A stretch of 64,000 bases of DNA, taken from contig CAYJKP010000001.1 of NCBI GenBank assembly GCA_964371245.1, positions 443,042-507,041 of the forward strand, read 5' to 3'. Positions 28,689 to 38,378 of the stretch are shown piece by piece (position 1 is the first letter of the stretch; every line of letters begins with the position of its first letter). The translations under genes were made by a program, and so were the position numbers. Below the pieces are notes generated by a model. That model did not search any database, had not been told where the DNA came from, and saw only the letters and a program-made list of their open reading frames with translations. Source of the DNA: an uncultured Gammaproteobacteria bacterium. Its GTDB lineage: Bacteria > Patescibacteriota > Patescibacteriia > JAHIZJ01.

Positions 28689-29231
28689 ATGATACGAGCA
28701 TTTGTTTCCATACCTGTTCCGAAAAACTTTTTTATGGAATATGGAAAAATTATCCAAGAAAATTTCAGGAGCAATGATTTTTACATCCAACCCGATGAGA
28801 AGATCCATTGTACGCTGGTGTTCCTCGGAAATATTACCGAAGAGCAATTGAGGAAGGCGATTGAAATATTACAAATAGTTTCAAAAAAACATCGGCCACC
28901 CATGGTAACAATAAATAACATTAAGATATTACAAAATAGAAATTTCAATAGACTTGTGTTGTCAATTGAGAAAACAAAACCGCTCATGGATATTCAAAAG
29001 GATCTTCATAATAGATTACGAGCCGCGTCGATTGGACAAATCGAAGGAAGGGAGTATTATCCGCATATAACGCTTGGGAAAATAAAAAAGCAACGCGAGA
29101 TAAAAAATACCCTGCCCGCGTTGGAACAAAAATCGTTTTTCGCCACCACTATTGACCTCATGCGGAGCACGCTGTCATCAACCGGTTCAACGTATGATAT
29201 CTTAGTTCGCTGTAACTTTTCTCATGCATAA
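28689..29231 (+). CDS. thpR: RNA 2',3'-cyclic phosphodiesterase (2H family)
   Basis: RAFVSI, two HxT motifs (HCTL, PHITLGK), S.L...GS.Y tail. Confidence 0.88.
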   Translation: MIRAFVSIPVPKNFFMEYGKIIQENFRSNDFYIQPDEKIHCTLVFLGNITEEQLRKAIEILQIVSKKHRPPMVTINNIKILQNRNFNRLVLSIEKTKPLMDIQKDLHNRLRAASIGQIEGREYYPHITLGKIKKQREIKNTLPALEQKSFFATTIDLMRSTLSSTGSTYDILVRCNFSHA

Positions 29232-29967
29232 AGTAACAATATTAGGCGTTCAGATCGATAGCTTTACGAACGAGGAATTAATACAAAAACTCGAGCAGTA
29301 TTTGTTTGGCCAAAAGTCTCATTTAATCGTTACGCCAAATCCGGAATTCTGCATCCAGGCTACCCGTGATCATGAGTTTCGTGATATTCTTAATTCCGCC
29401 AGCCTGGCCATCCCGGACGGGATCGGTTTAAAATTTGCCGGCTGGTATCTCGGTCAGCCGATCACGCGGCGGGTAACAGGGGTTTCACTGGTTGAAGAAT
29501 TATGCCGCCAGGCGCGCGACAAGAATCTCAGCGTCTTTTTTCTGGGCGCGCTCAACGATATCGCGCATCGCACGGCGGCGAGTATGAAAGAAAAATATCC
29601 GGGGCTCCAAGTTGTCGGCGCGGAAAACGAATACGATTTCCTTGGCCGGAAACGTTCTGACAACGACATGATTGCGAGGATAAACAGAAAAAAACCCGCT
29701 ATCCTGTTTCTCGCGTTCGGCGCACCCGCCCAAGAAAAATGGCTGGCGCGAAATCTTCACTTCTTTGAAACGGTAAAAATCGCGGTCGGCGTCGGCGGTT
29801 CATTTGACTATTTATCAGGCCAGGTGCGTCGGGCGCCGGTGGTGATGCGTACGCTGGGATTAGAATGGCTATACCGGCTCATGAAACAGCCCTGGCGCAT
29901 CCGCCGCATCTATCGCGCCGTGATCGTATTCCCGATGAAAGTAATTATTTCTAAATTTTTTCAATAA
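29224..29967 (+). CDS. WecB/TagA/CpsF family glycosyltransferase
   Basis: Motifs VTPNPE, PDGIG, RVTG, GAPAQEKW, GVGGSFD, RAP...GLEWLYRL..QPWR. Confidence 0.95.
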   Translation: MHKVTILGVQIDSFTNEELIQKLEQYLFGQKSHLIVTPNPEFCIQATRDHEFRDILNSASLAIPDGIGLKFAGWYLGQPITRRVTGVSLVEELCRQARDKNLSVFFLGALNDIAHRTAASMKEKYPGLQVVGAENEYDFLGRKRSDNDMIARINRKKPAILFLAFGAPAQEKWLARNLHFFETVKIAVGVGGSFDYLSGQVRRAPVVMRTLGLEWLYRLMKQPWRIRRIYRAVIVFPMKVIISKFFQ

Positions 29968-31433
29968 TGCCAAAAAAAACGACCGAAGATGTCCGCGTAC
30001 GATTCGCACCGAGCCCAACTGGCTATCTTCACATTGGCGGCCTCAGGACAGCCTTGTTTAACTGGCTTTTTGCTAAGAAACACGAGGGTACTTTTATCTT
30101 ACGGATCGAAGACACGGACCAGCGGCGCTACGTTGAAAAAAGCGTAGAAGCCATCACTGAATCGTTAGCTTGGTGCGGCTTGCATTATGACGAAGGTCCG
30201 GACAAGGAAGGGGATTGCGGTCCATATATTCAATCGCAACGACTGGAAATATACAGAAAATATGCCAAAGAATTGGTACAAAACAATAAGGCGTATTACT
30301 GTTTTTGCACGACTGAGCGACTGGCTGAACTGAAGACGCAGCAAGCCGCTCAAAAAATTGCGCCTCGCTATGATCAGCGCTGCCGTTCGCTCGATCCGGC
30401 CGAGGCTGAAAAACGGGTTCACGCCGGCGAGCCGCACGTCATTCGGATGAAATTGCCGAACGAAGGGGCGCTTGTCGTCAATGATCTTGTTCGCGGTCAG
30501 GTTGAATTTTCATATCGCTATCTTGATGATGCTGTCATTATGAAGACAGACGGTTTTCCAACGTATCAGCTGGCCAGTGTCATTGATGATCATCTTATGC
30601 GCATCAGTCACGTGATCAGGGCAGAGGAGTGGTTGCCAAGCACGCCGAAGCATGTTTTTCTTTATGAAGCGCTTGGCTGGGATTTGCCGCAGTTTGCCCA
30701 CTTGCCATTAATCATGAGTCCTCAGGGTGGGAAACTCAGCAAGCGTGATGGCGCGGTTTCGACCCTCGAATACCGCGAGGCCGGCTATTTGCCAGAGGCG
30801 ATATTAAACTTCATTGTTTTATTGGGCTGGAATCCGAAAACTGAGCAAGAAATATTTACGGTACCTGAACTCATTGAACAATTTTCGCTTGATAAGGTAA
30901 ACAAATCCGGCGCGGTTTTTAATCTTGAAAAGCTTAACTTCATAAACGGCCGCCATATTCGTTTGTTGCCTGTAAAAGAGCTTGCTCAGCGGTGCTTGCC
31001 ATATTTTAAAAAAGCAAATTGGCCGTCATTAGAAAAAGCTCCGCTCGAAAAAATAGTAAAACTGGCTCAGGATCGCATGGTAACCCTGGCCGAAGCCGTC
31101 TCGCTGACAAAATTTATTGTTGAACTAGACGATTATGATCCGACGATATTAATTCCGAAAAAAAGTAATCAAGCTGACACGGTAAAAAATTTATTACTGG
31201 CAAAGGATATATATAACGGAGTAGGGGGGAATAAATTCCTTGCTAAGGAATTAAAGAGTATTTGCATAAAAAGAATTGACGAGCTGTCTTTAAAAACCGG
31301 CGATCTCTTATGGCCTTTGCGCGTGGCGTTATCGGGTTTAAAGGCCTCGCCGGATGTCTTTGAAATCAGTGAGGTGCTTGGAAAACAGGAATCACTGCGG
31401 CGCCTTGATCTCGCGATACAGAAAGTGCAATAG
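29967..31433 (+). CDS. gltX: Glutamate--tRNA ligase
   Basis: Motifs RFAPSPTGYLHIGG, LRIEDTD, KLSKR. Confidence 0.97.
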   Translation: MPKKTTEDVRVRFAPSPTGYLHIGGLRTALFNWLFAKKHEGTFILRIEDTDQRRYVEKSVEAITESLAWCGLHYDEGPDKEGDCGPYIQSQRLEIYRKYAKELVQNNKAYYCFCTTERLAELKTQQAAQKIAPRYDQRCRSLDPAEAEKRVHAGEPHVIRMKLPNEGALVVNDLVRGQVEFSYRYLDDAVIMKTDGFPTYQLASVIDDHLMRISHVIRAEEWLPSTPKHVFLYEALGWDLPQFAHLPLIMSPQGGKLSKRDGAVSTLEYREAGYLPEAILNFIVLLGWNPKTEQEIFTVPELIEQFSLDKVNKSGAVFNLEKLNFINGRHIRLLPVKELAQRCLPYFKKANWPSLEKAPLEKIVKLAQDRMVTLAEAVSLTKFIVELDDYDPTILIPKKSNQADTVKNLLLAKDIYNGVGGNKFLAKELKSICIKRIDELSLKTGDLLWPLRVALSGLKASPDVFEISEVLGKQESLRRLDLAIQKVQ

Positions 31434-31491
31434 AAATATTTGCATAATTATTGAATTTGTAGTATACTACTACAATATAAAATATTTCGCT

Positions 31492-32775
31492 TTGCCTACA
31501 CTAAATAAAAGAAAACTCATATTTTCTCTCGGCATCCTGCTTCTTCTTGGAGTAGGCATTTTCGTATCTGGTAAATATACGGTCTGGGCGATCGACGATC
31601 CGACGCAAAATTCGAATCAGAATACGAATACTGAAAAAAGCAAGCTCACTGATGATGAAATAATCGATCTGAATCGACAGATCCAAGAACGCCGCCAAGC
31701 CCTGGAGCAACTAAACGATCAAAATAAAGCCTACCAGCAGGCGCTTGCCTTGAAGCAGCAGGAAACATTGACGCTCTCAAACCAAGTAGAGGTCATCGAC
31801 GATCAGATTGCAAAAACGGAGCTCGAAATACAAATTGCCGAGACGGAAATCGATACCTTAAAACTGCAAATACGCGAAGTTGAATCAAAGATTGCCGATC
31901 GTGAAAATCAGATCAACGATCAAAAGACGCGTTTATCGGAATTGATACGCGTCCTGAATAAATCGAAGAACGTCAGTCCACTCGTTATTTTCTTTAAGGA
32001 AAATACCTTCTCGGACTTTTTTTCGCAAATGAATTATCTCGAGGAATTGGAGCATAAATTGAAAAAGTCTCTCGACGATGTTAAAAAGCTCAAGACCGAA
32101 CTTGAAACCGTAAACACGGAACTGAATGGAAAAGAGGATGAACTTCAACAAACGAAAGACAAACTTGAAGCTGAACAAGCCGAAGCTGAAAGTCAACGCA
32201 GCTACAAAACGCAGTTGCTTGATGAGACTCGTTCGAGTGAATCGCAATATCAGGAACTCCTTGACGCCGTAAAACGTGAACAGGCTTCGGTGAGCTATGA
32301 TATCACGTCGATTGAAGACACAATCAGGAAGAAGCTTGCCGGAGATGACACCTTAACCGATGACACGACGACGCTGTCGTGGCCAGTCAGTCCGCTCGGT
32401 GGCATTACTGCGACGTTTCATGATCCCGCTTATATTTTCCGACGCATATTCGAACATCCGGCCATTGATATTCGAGCGAAACAGGGGACACCTGTTAAAG
32501 CGGCGGCGGCTGGCTATGTGGCCAGAGCAAAAGACGCCGGTCTTGGCTATAGCTATATTATGTTAATTCATGGAGATGGTATTTCGACCGTCTACGGGCA
32601 TATCAGTTCGATCAAGGTTCAAGAAGAGTCTTATGTTACCCGCGGACAGGTCATTGGGTTGAGCGGCGGTATGCCTGGAACTTCCGGCGCCGGCCGATTG
32701 ACGACTGGACCACACCTTCACTTTGAAGTTCGAAAAGATGGTATTCCGGTAAATCCAATCGATTACCTACCGTAA
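31492..32775 (+). CDS. Coiled-coil M23 peptidase (EnvC/CwlO-like murein hydrolase)
   Basis: N-terminal TM, long coiled coil, HPAID and TGPHLHFEVR zinc motifs. TTG start inferred downstream of TTGCAT-17-TATACT. Confidence 0.85.
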   Translation: MPTLNKRKLIFSLGILLLLGVGIFVSGKYTVWAIDDPTQNSNQNTNTEKSKLTDDEIIDLNRQIQERRQALEQLNDQNKAYQQALALKQQETLTLSNQVEVIDDQIAKTELEIQIAETEIDTLKLQIREVESKIADRENQINDQKTRLSELIRVLNKSKNVSPLVIFFKENTFSDFFSQMNYLEELEHKLKKSLDDVKKLKTELETVNTELNGKEDELQQTKDKLEAEQAEAESQRSYKTQLLDETRSSESQYQELLDAVKREQASVSYDITSIEDTIRKKLAGDDTLTDDTTTLSWPVSPLGGITATFHDPAYIFRRIFEHPAIDIRAKQGTPVKAAAAGYVARAKDAGLGYSYIMLIHGDGISTVYGHISSIKVQEESYVTRGQVIGLSGGMPGTSGAGRLTTGPHLHFEVRKDGIPVNPIDYLP

Positions 32776-32797
32776 AAAAACAATTCCGTATCAAAAG

Positions 32798-32820
32798 AAG
32801 GGCTTGCAGCCCTTTTTGTT
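32798..32820 (+). terminator. Intrinsic terminator
   Basis: AAGGGCT-TGC-AGCCCTT followed by TTTGTT. Confidence 0.7.
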
Positions 32821-32868
32821 ACAGGGGAGGATTGTTAATGTGTCGCACAATATACAATTTATGAACCA

Positions 32869-33564
32869 TTATGCATAGGGGTCCGATAAAGGGGTGTATT
32901 TATTGAATGTAATAATAAATTCGTCTAACGAGACAAGTATGATGTTTTCTCTTATTTTATTCTTTTGAGTTTTGCGCCTAATATTTGTCATCTCATTATC
33001 AATACCTGCATTTGTCACGCATAAATATATAAGAAACGGAAAATCCTTATAAAAAATATATTTCATTGTTACATTTTGAGAAAAATGTCTATAATCGTTT
33101 GATGGGCAAAAGACATCCACCGCGAATTTACCATTTTTGTGATATACAATAAAATCTACTCTTATTACCTTATCAGTTAACGTTACCCTAGATTGGTAAT
33201 GTACATATGGTTCATGAAAGCGTCTTACAAGTTTCTCATATATAGATTCTTCGGATATATATCCTCGTTTACCTACCTGAAAAGCTGATCTGCTTCTTGG
33301 CGCACCGGATCGTAAATCGAATTCATTAATATTTAGTTGTTTTCGAATATTTATGATACCGCCAAATTTCCTTTCAAGTGTTTTAACGTTTGGCAAATAT
33401 TGACATAAGGACATATCATACTGACCAGGCCAATGTCCATTCTCCTCGAAAAACTTTCGAAATCCACATAGAACATTGTCCAAAGTCCAGCTGACATTAA
33501 ATTTACTCTTTCCTTCAGGGATTATTAGCACCCCTTTTTCTTGTCGATAAAAATCCTTACGCAT
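32869..33564 (-). CDS. AT-rich putative endonuclease (homing-endonuclease-associated-repeat-like N-terminus plus PD-(D/E)XK-like C-terminus)
   Basis: W....V...F..F....G.WP.......LP.....RKFGG repeat-like helix bundle; E...RVDF....FAVDV catalytic-like pattern. Confidence 0.5.
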   Translation of the reverse strand: MRKDFYRQEKGVLIIPEGKSKFNVSWTLDNVLCGFRKFFEENGHWPGQYDMSLCQYLPNVKTLERKFGGIINIRKQLNINEFDLRSGAPRSRSAFQVGKRGYISEESIYEKLVRRFHEPYVHYQSRVTLTDKVIRVDFIVYHKNGKFAVDVFCPSNDYRHFSQNVTMKYIFYKDFPFLIYLCVTNAGIDNEMTNIRRKTQKNKIRENIILVSLDEFIITFNKYTPLSDPYA

Positions 33565-33573
33565 AACAATATG

Positions 33574-34620
33574 CTATTTATAATACACCCTTCCTGGGTA
33601 TCGAAGGTCAATATACGTCAATCTATCAAATAGGCCGCCGATTTTATCATTATATGACACGGTAAATGCCCCTATTTGATCGTTTGTCGAATACTTTGAT
33701 GAAAAGTACAACTTTACACCGGACGGTACAACGACGATATATTCGACCATTGGCTGCTCCGTGCATGGCACGATTTCTTTCTCGATAACCTCCTCATTGG
33801 TGTTTGTCTCAATATTTGAGTTTATCGTATCGTCAGAATTGGTATTTTCGTTCGTTGTCGTCTCAGTCTCATCTGTTTTTGGTAAATCCGGGCAGTCTCG
33901 GACAATCGTTTCAAAATGATCGATTGATATCTCCTGGTATTTTTCGAGAAACATGCGATTTGTCTCAAGTATGGATTGCGCCAAGGCCGCCGGTATAATC
34001 TGTTGACCGATTGAGACGGCTGATTTTGTCTCATGACGCAATATCGGATAAATAGTTTTCGACGGTTCTTCCGCCGCTGGAGCGCCTTCTTTTGTTTCCA
34101 CAACGGGATTAAGGTATTGCTCACTGATCACATATCCCTGGCGATCGAGAAGATATGACTGGTTGTCCGCCTGAAGGATGAGTTGGGCAGTTCGTTCACG
34201 AAACGTAACGTGGATCGTATGCGGAAAAGCCTTCTCTATCGTCAACGTTTCTAACGATATTTTATTCATGAGATCCTTATCAAGCCAATTTTTCAGGCGG
34301 TTCGACGACACGAGAAACCAGTTGTCGTTTTTTATGACGCCAAGCATTTTTCCCTGCAAATATTCGTCTACCCTGTTTTCAATAAATGAGATCCGATCAG
34401 TTGTTCCGCCTTCAACCGTTATTTCCCGTATTTGGAACACCGGCGAAATAAAAAGGAAATACGAGACCGCCAGACAGACAATGATTATGCCGATTACAAT
34501 AAATCGCTGGCGGCGTTTCCTTTTCTCGGAAAACGATTCTCTCGGAAAATACGGATTGCGGTAATTCAATTGTTTCGTGACGAATCTTCGTGATGACGTC
34601 CAATCGCGATAGTCTGCCAT
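33574..34620 (-). CDS. ftsQ: Cell division protein FtsQ/DivIB
   Basis: Basic N-tail, TM, SPVFQI..I.VEG POTRA segment, K.FP.TI.V..ER, C-terminal YIDLRY..RVYY. Follows ddl. Confidence 0.85.
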   Translation of the reverse strand: MADYRDWTSSRRFVTKQLNYRNPYFPRESFSEKRKRRQRFIVIGIIIVCLAVSYFLFISPVFQIREITVEGGTTDRISFIENRVDEYLQGKMLGVIKNDNWFLVSSNRLKNWLDKDLMNKISLETLTIEKAFPHTIHVTFRERTAQLILQADNQSYLLDRQGYVISEQYLNPVVETKEGAPAAEEPSKTIYPILRHETKSAVSIGQQIIPAALAQSILETNRMFLEKYQEISIDHFETIVRDCPDLPKTDETETTTNENTNSDDTINSNIETNTNEEVIEKEIVPCTEQPMVEYIVVVPSGVKLYFSSKYSTNDQIGAFTVSYNDKIGGLFDRLTYIDLRYPGRVYYK

Positions 34621-34623
34621 AGC

Positions 34624-35727
34624 CTATAAATACCAATTTTTTGAAGGCTGGTACGATGAAACGATCCGCTCGCGTTCGCGGTGACGCTCGAGCGCAAGCG
34701 TAATGAGTCGATCGAGCAATTTCGGATACGCCAGTCCAGAGGCTGACCATAACTTCGGATACATGCTGATGCTTGTGAATCCGGGCAGCGTATTAATTTC
34801 ATTGACCAAAACCCGGTTTGTCCCCTTTTCGATAAAAAAGTCGACGCGGGCCAGTCCAGCACAATCAATCGCCAAAAAGGCTTTCACGGCAAGCTGCTGG
34901 ACGATTTTCCTTTGGGTTAATGTGATTGGCGCCGGAAGCAGCAATTCTGATTCGCCGTCGATATATTTCGCCTCATAGTCATAAAACTCGCGATTTGGCA
35001 CGATTTCTCCAGGGACCGAAGCGATAGGATTATTATTGCCCAAGACCGAACACTCGATTTCATGACCGTCGATCGCCTCTTCGATCAGCGCTTTTCGGTC
35101 GTAGGTAAAAGCGGTATTGAGCCCGCGGACAGTTTCATTAAGACTCCGGCATTTCATTATCCCAACGCTTGAGCCGAGATTAGCCGGTTTTGTAAAGTTT
35201 GGAAAGCCTATCTCTGAACGTATTTTTGAAATGATATCCTTGCGTTTCTTGCTCCATTCCGATTTCGTCAGCGGGACATATTTTGGGCCAGGAAGTTTGG
35301 CATTCTGAAAAAGCGCTTTCATGATAACTTTATCCATACCGCACGCTGAACCAACGACACCAGCCCCGACATATGGAAGATGGGCCAGCTCGAGCAAGCC
35401 TTGAATCGTGCCGTCCTCGCCATATGGCCCATGTAAAACCGGAAATATTACATCGATTTTCGATTGTAACAACAGACGTTGTTTTCTCGATGTTTCCGGC
35501 ACGATCGCTTCGCGTCTAAACTCCGAACCTTTCCCTGTTTTTAAATACTTCATGGCATCCGGACCGATCAGCCAATGGCCACCTTTCGTTATACCAATTG
35601 GCACGACACGGTATCTCTTCTTATCAAGTCCGGCCATAACGGCCTGCGCGGAAACAAGCGAAACCTCGTGTTCACCCGACTGACCGCCGAATATGACGCC
35701 GACTGTTAATTTACCCGGTTGTCTCAT
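34624..35727 (-). CDS. ddl: D-alanine--D-alanine ligase
   Basis: Motifs GGQSGEHEVS, HGPYGEDG, GSSVG, EINTLPG. Confidence 0.97.
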   Translation of the reverse strand: MRQPGKLTVGVIFGGQSGEHEVSLVSAQAVMAGLDKKRYRVVPIGITKGGHWLIGPDAMKYLKTGKGSEFRREAIVPETSRKQRLLLQSKIDVIFPVLHGPYGEDGTIQGLLELAHLPYVGAGVVGSACGMDKVIMKALFQNAKLPGPKYVPLTKSEWSKKRKDIISKIRSEIGFPNFTKPANLGSSVGIMKCRSLNETVRGLNTAFTYDRKALIEEAIDGHEIECSVLGNNNPIASVPGEIVPNREFYDYEAKYIDGESELLLPAPITLTQRKIVQQLAVKAFLAIDCAGLARVDFFIEKGTNRVLVNEINTLPGFTSISMYPKLWSASGLAYPKLLDRLITLALERHRERERIVSSYQPSKNWYL

Positions 35728-35742
35728 ATGTGTCGTAAAATG

Positions 35743-36879
35743 TTAGACTACCCTTCTCTTCAATAATGGGTTTATTCTCGTCACGATTTCGTAATTTATT
35801 GTTCCAGCTTTTTCGGCTAACTCTTCAGCGCTGATATTTTCTTTTCCCTGCGTGCCAATCAGTGTCGCCTGTTCCCCTACTCTGACACCAGGGATGTCCG
35901 TAACGTCAACCATGGTCATGTTCATGCAAATCCTGCCCAGCACCCGGGCCCGGCGCGAACGGATCAATGCTTCACCGTGATTTGATAATTTCCGATCATA
36001 TCCATCCCAATACCCAATCGGCAAAACAGCGATCTTGGTGCGACGCTTGGTTTTGTAGGTACAGCCATAGCCCACATACGTATTAATCGGAACATTTTTT
36101 ATCTGGATAATTGTCGTGTGCCAGCTCAGGACTGGCCGAAGTTTAAAACCATTGAAATGCCGTTCATACAGGGCTTTTGTATCTTTCGATGGCCACAATC
36201 CATACAAACTTATACCGATCCGAACAAGACTGTTTCGAGAATTTGGATTTATGATCGTCGCGGCTGAACACGCGAGGTGTCGGACATTGATATCAAGCCC
36301 GCTCTTTTCTAATGCTTGACAAATACTATTAAAGGTCTTGATTTGTTTATTGGTATACTCTTGATTAAAATTTTCCGAGTCCGCCAAGTGGGAGAAAATA
36401 CCCGTAATTTTTAGACCGGGGAGCTTCTTAACAGCTTTTGCTACGCCCAATACGTCTTTCGGCAAAATTCCTAAACGCGTTGTTCCAACATCGATTTTTA
36501 AATGGACTGAAAGGGTTTTATGAAGTCTTTTCATCACCCGAGAAATCGTCTTGGCTCCTTCAAGGTCAAAAACTGGGAAGACGATATTTTTATTTGCTGC
36601 CAGGGAAATATTTTTCTCGTTAAAAAAACTCAGTACGAGTATGGGCGTTTTAATTCCAGACTTTCGTATTACCAGCGCTTCATCTAAACTCACGACACCG
36701 AGCCAATCAGATGTCGGAGCGACAATCTTTGCTACCTCAAGTATGCCATGCCCATAGGCATTGCTTTTAATAATCGGCATTATTGAAACGCCTGGCCCAA
36801 GCAGTTCATGAAAGGCGGCGAGGTTGTTTAATAAGGCTGATTTACTGATTTCCAGCCACGTCAGGTGGTTGTTTGCCAT
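35743..36879 (-). CDS. alr: Alanine racemase
   Basis: Motifs IKSNAYGHG (PLP-binding Lys), VGYG, GYWDG, GRICM, GTINYE. Confidence 0.96.
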   Translation of the reverse strand: MANNHLTWLEISKSALLNNLAAFHELLGPGVSIMPIIKSNAYGHGILEVAKIVAPTSDWLGVVSLDEALVIRKSGIKTPILVLSFFNEKNISLAANKNIVFPVFDLEGAKTISRVMKRLHKTLSVHLKIDVGTTRLGILPKDVLGVAKAVKKLPGLKITGIFSHLADSENFNQEYTNKQIKTFNSICQALEKSGLDINVRHLACSAATIINPNSRNSLVRIGISLYGLWPSKDTKALYERHFNGFKLRPVLSWHTTIIQIKNVPINTYVGYGCTYKTKRRTKIAVLPIGYWDGYDRKLSNHGEALIRSRRARVLGRICMNMTMVDVTDIPGVRVGEQATLIGTQGKENISAEELAEKAGTINYEIVTRINPLLKRRVV

Positions 36880-36942
36880 AGAAAAATAAAAAGGCTTCCA
36901 ATGAATTATAATGGATTCCCAGCGTTTTGTGAAATATGCTTG

Positions 36943-37386
36943 TTATTTGTTTAACTTTCGCTCCACCCAGTCAAGATTTATCTTCAATATTTCGTGTTTT
37001 ACCATTTCTCTGGCTTGTTCATATGGAAGCCAATAAGCGTGGCTTACTTGCTGGGTATTCGGCGTTATTTCTTCTACCTCGGTTTTAACAAGAAATACCT
37101 GGTATTTCGCAGGTTGTTTGTATCGTGATGACCCTTGGATCGAAAAAACGAATGAATTCGTCAGAGGAAGCTCCTCTATTTGTTCGTCGGCTGGTATAAA
37201 ATTGATTTCCTCCTGCAATTCGCGTTTTATGGTGTCACGCATCTCTTCGCCGCTGTCACTGGCGCCCCCGGGAAACGTGTGATTGCCGCTAAAAACGTTA
37301 TGGGTAACTAAGTAGACTCGTCCGCGCGGGGTCTCACGATAAATTATGGCGATCGCGCCGTTCATGATTGTTGAACCGTCATTCAT
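36943..37386 (-). CDS. NUDIX hydrolase
   Basis: Nudix box GASDSGEEMRDTIKRELQEE. Confidence 0.85.
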   Translation of the reverse strand: MNDGSTIMNGAIAIIYRETPRGRVYLVTHNVFSGNHTFPGGASDSGEEMRDTIKRELQEEINFIPADEQIEELPLTNSFVFSIQGSSRYKQPAKYQVFLVKTEVEEITPNTQQVSHAYWLPYEQAREMVKHEILKINLDWVERKLNK

Positions 37387-38378
37387 TACGTGTCACTGAA
37401 TTTTAGATAATATGTTTTTGGCTTGAGTTCGTTGTGGACGACCGTTTTCCAGATAGGATCGTTGTCTGACAATCGCTGCAGGGTACCGTCAGCCTGATAG
37501 AGTGGATCGACGATGCGGGATTTTACGTGTACTTCCGCTTCATAATCATGTGGGTCATTTGCATACGGTATTTTATTATTCATTCTCGTCCAAAGTTTTT
37601 GCAGCTGTGTGTCAATCGGTAAATGCGAATTTATTTTCTTCAACACATCATTATCAGTTGTATAGAGGTCATCGAGTGTTATATAGTGTTGCTTCAAGCC
37701 ATGTTTGAGGAAACTGCCAACCGAGTAAAACATGACAGCCGATTGCACATTGGAATAATATTTGCTGTTCATGGCACAAAAAACATCGGCGTATCGGCGC
37801 GCAACTACTTGGTCGGTAAATACCCACTGGCGATCATGAATGCGCAAGGCATTGAGAAATTCCAAGGCTTCAGAGGTGGATATTTCTCCAAAGAGAACGC
37901 CTTCGCGGAATGAATAATCAATACGGTCGGCACATAGATCTGGTAATTCGCGCTCTTTTAAAGGAAAATTTTCATCATTAAGTATATAGTCAACTGCCAG
38001 ATCATATTTTGCAACAATCGCGGGTATGTCGGATGATTTCACATATTGAATATGCAAATTATCTTGATGATGCTGCTTTGCTCCAGAACCCTCAGACAAC
38101 ACATAATCAATGGCATGCGAAAAAACAGAGTGCGACACATCATGAATAAGGCCGGCAACCTGCTCTTCGATCGGGGCGCCATACATTTTCAAAAGATGCA
38201 TCACGCCGATTGAATGCTCGAACCGCGTGCGAGATGTACCCGGAAAATGAGGCTCAAAATATCCGGCTGAATCTATTCCCTCCAGACGTTTAAGGGTCGG
38301 GCTCTCGATCAGTTCCAGCAGCACCGGCTCAGTGATTTCAATATTTCCGTATATCCGGTCTGTTATATGTCGTGACAT
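37386..38378 (-). CDS. HD-domain phosphohydrolase (dNTPase/SAMHD1-like family)
   Basis: Motifs D.IYG, RL, RFEHSIGV, IHDVSH..FSH, ADRIDY. Confidence 0.88.
   Translation of the reverse strand: MSRHITDRIYGNIEITEPVLLELIESPTLKRLEGIDSAGYFEPHFPGTSRTRFEHSIGVMHLLKMYGAPIEEQVAGLIHDVSHSVFSHAIDYVLSEGSGAKQHHQDNLHIQYVKSSDIPAIVAKYDLAVDYILNDENFPLKERELPDLCADRIDYSFREGVLFGEISTSEALEFLNALRIHDRQWVFTDQVVARRYADVFCAMNSKYYSNVQSAVMFYSVGSFLKHGLKQHYITLDDLYTTDNDVLKKINSHLPIDTQLQKLWTRMNNKIPYANDPHDYEAEVHVKSRIVDPLYQADGTLQRLSDNDPIWKTVVHNELKPKTYYLKFSDT

Noticed and set aside
31354-31491. 5' extension of the M23 ORF
   Set aside because: It overlaps the gltX end and spans a promoter; TTG 31492 gives a normal N-terminal anchor.
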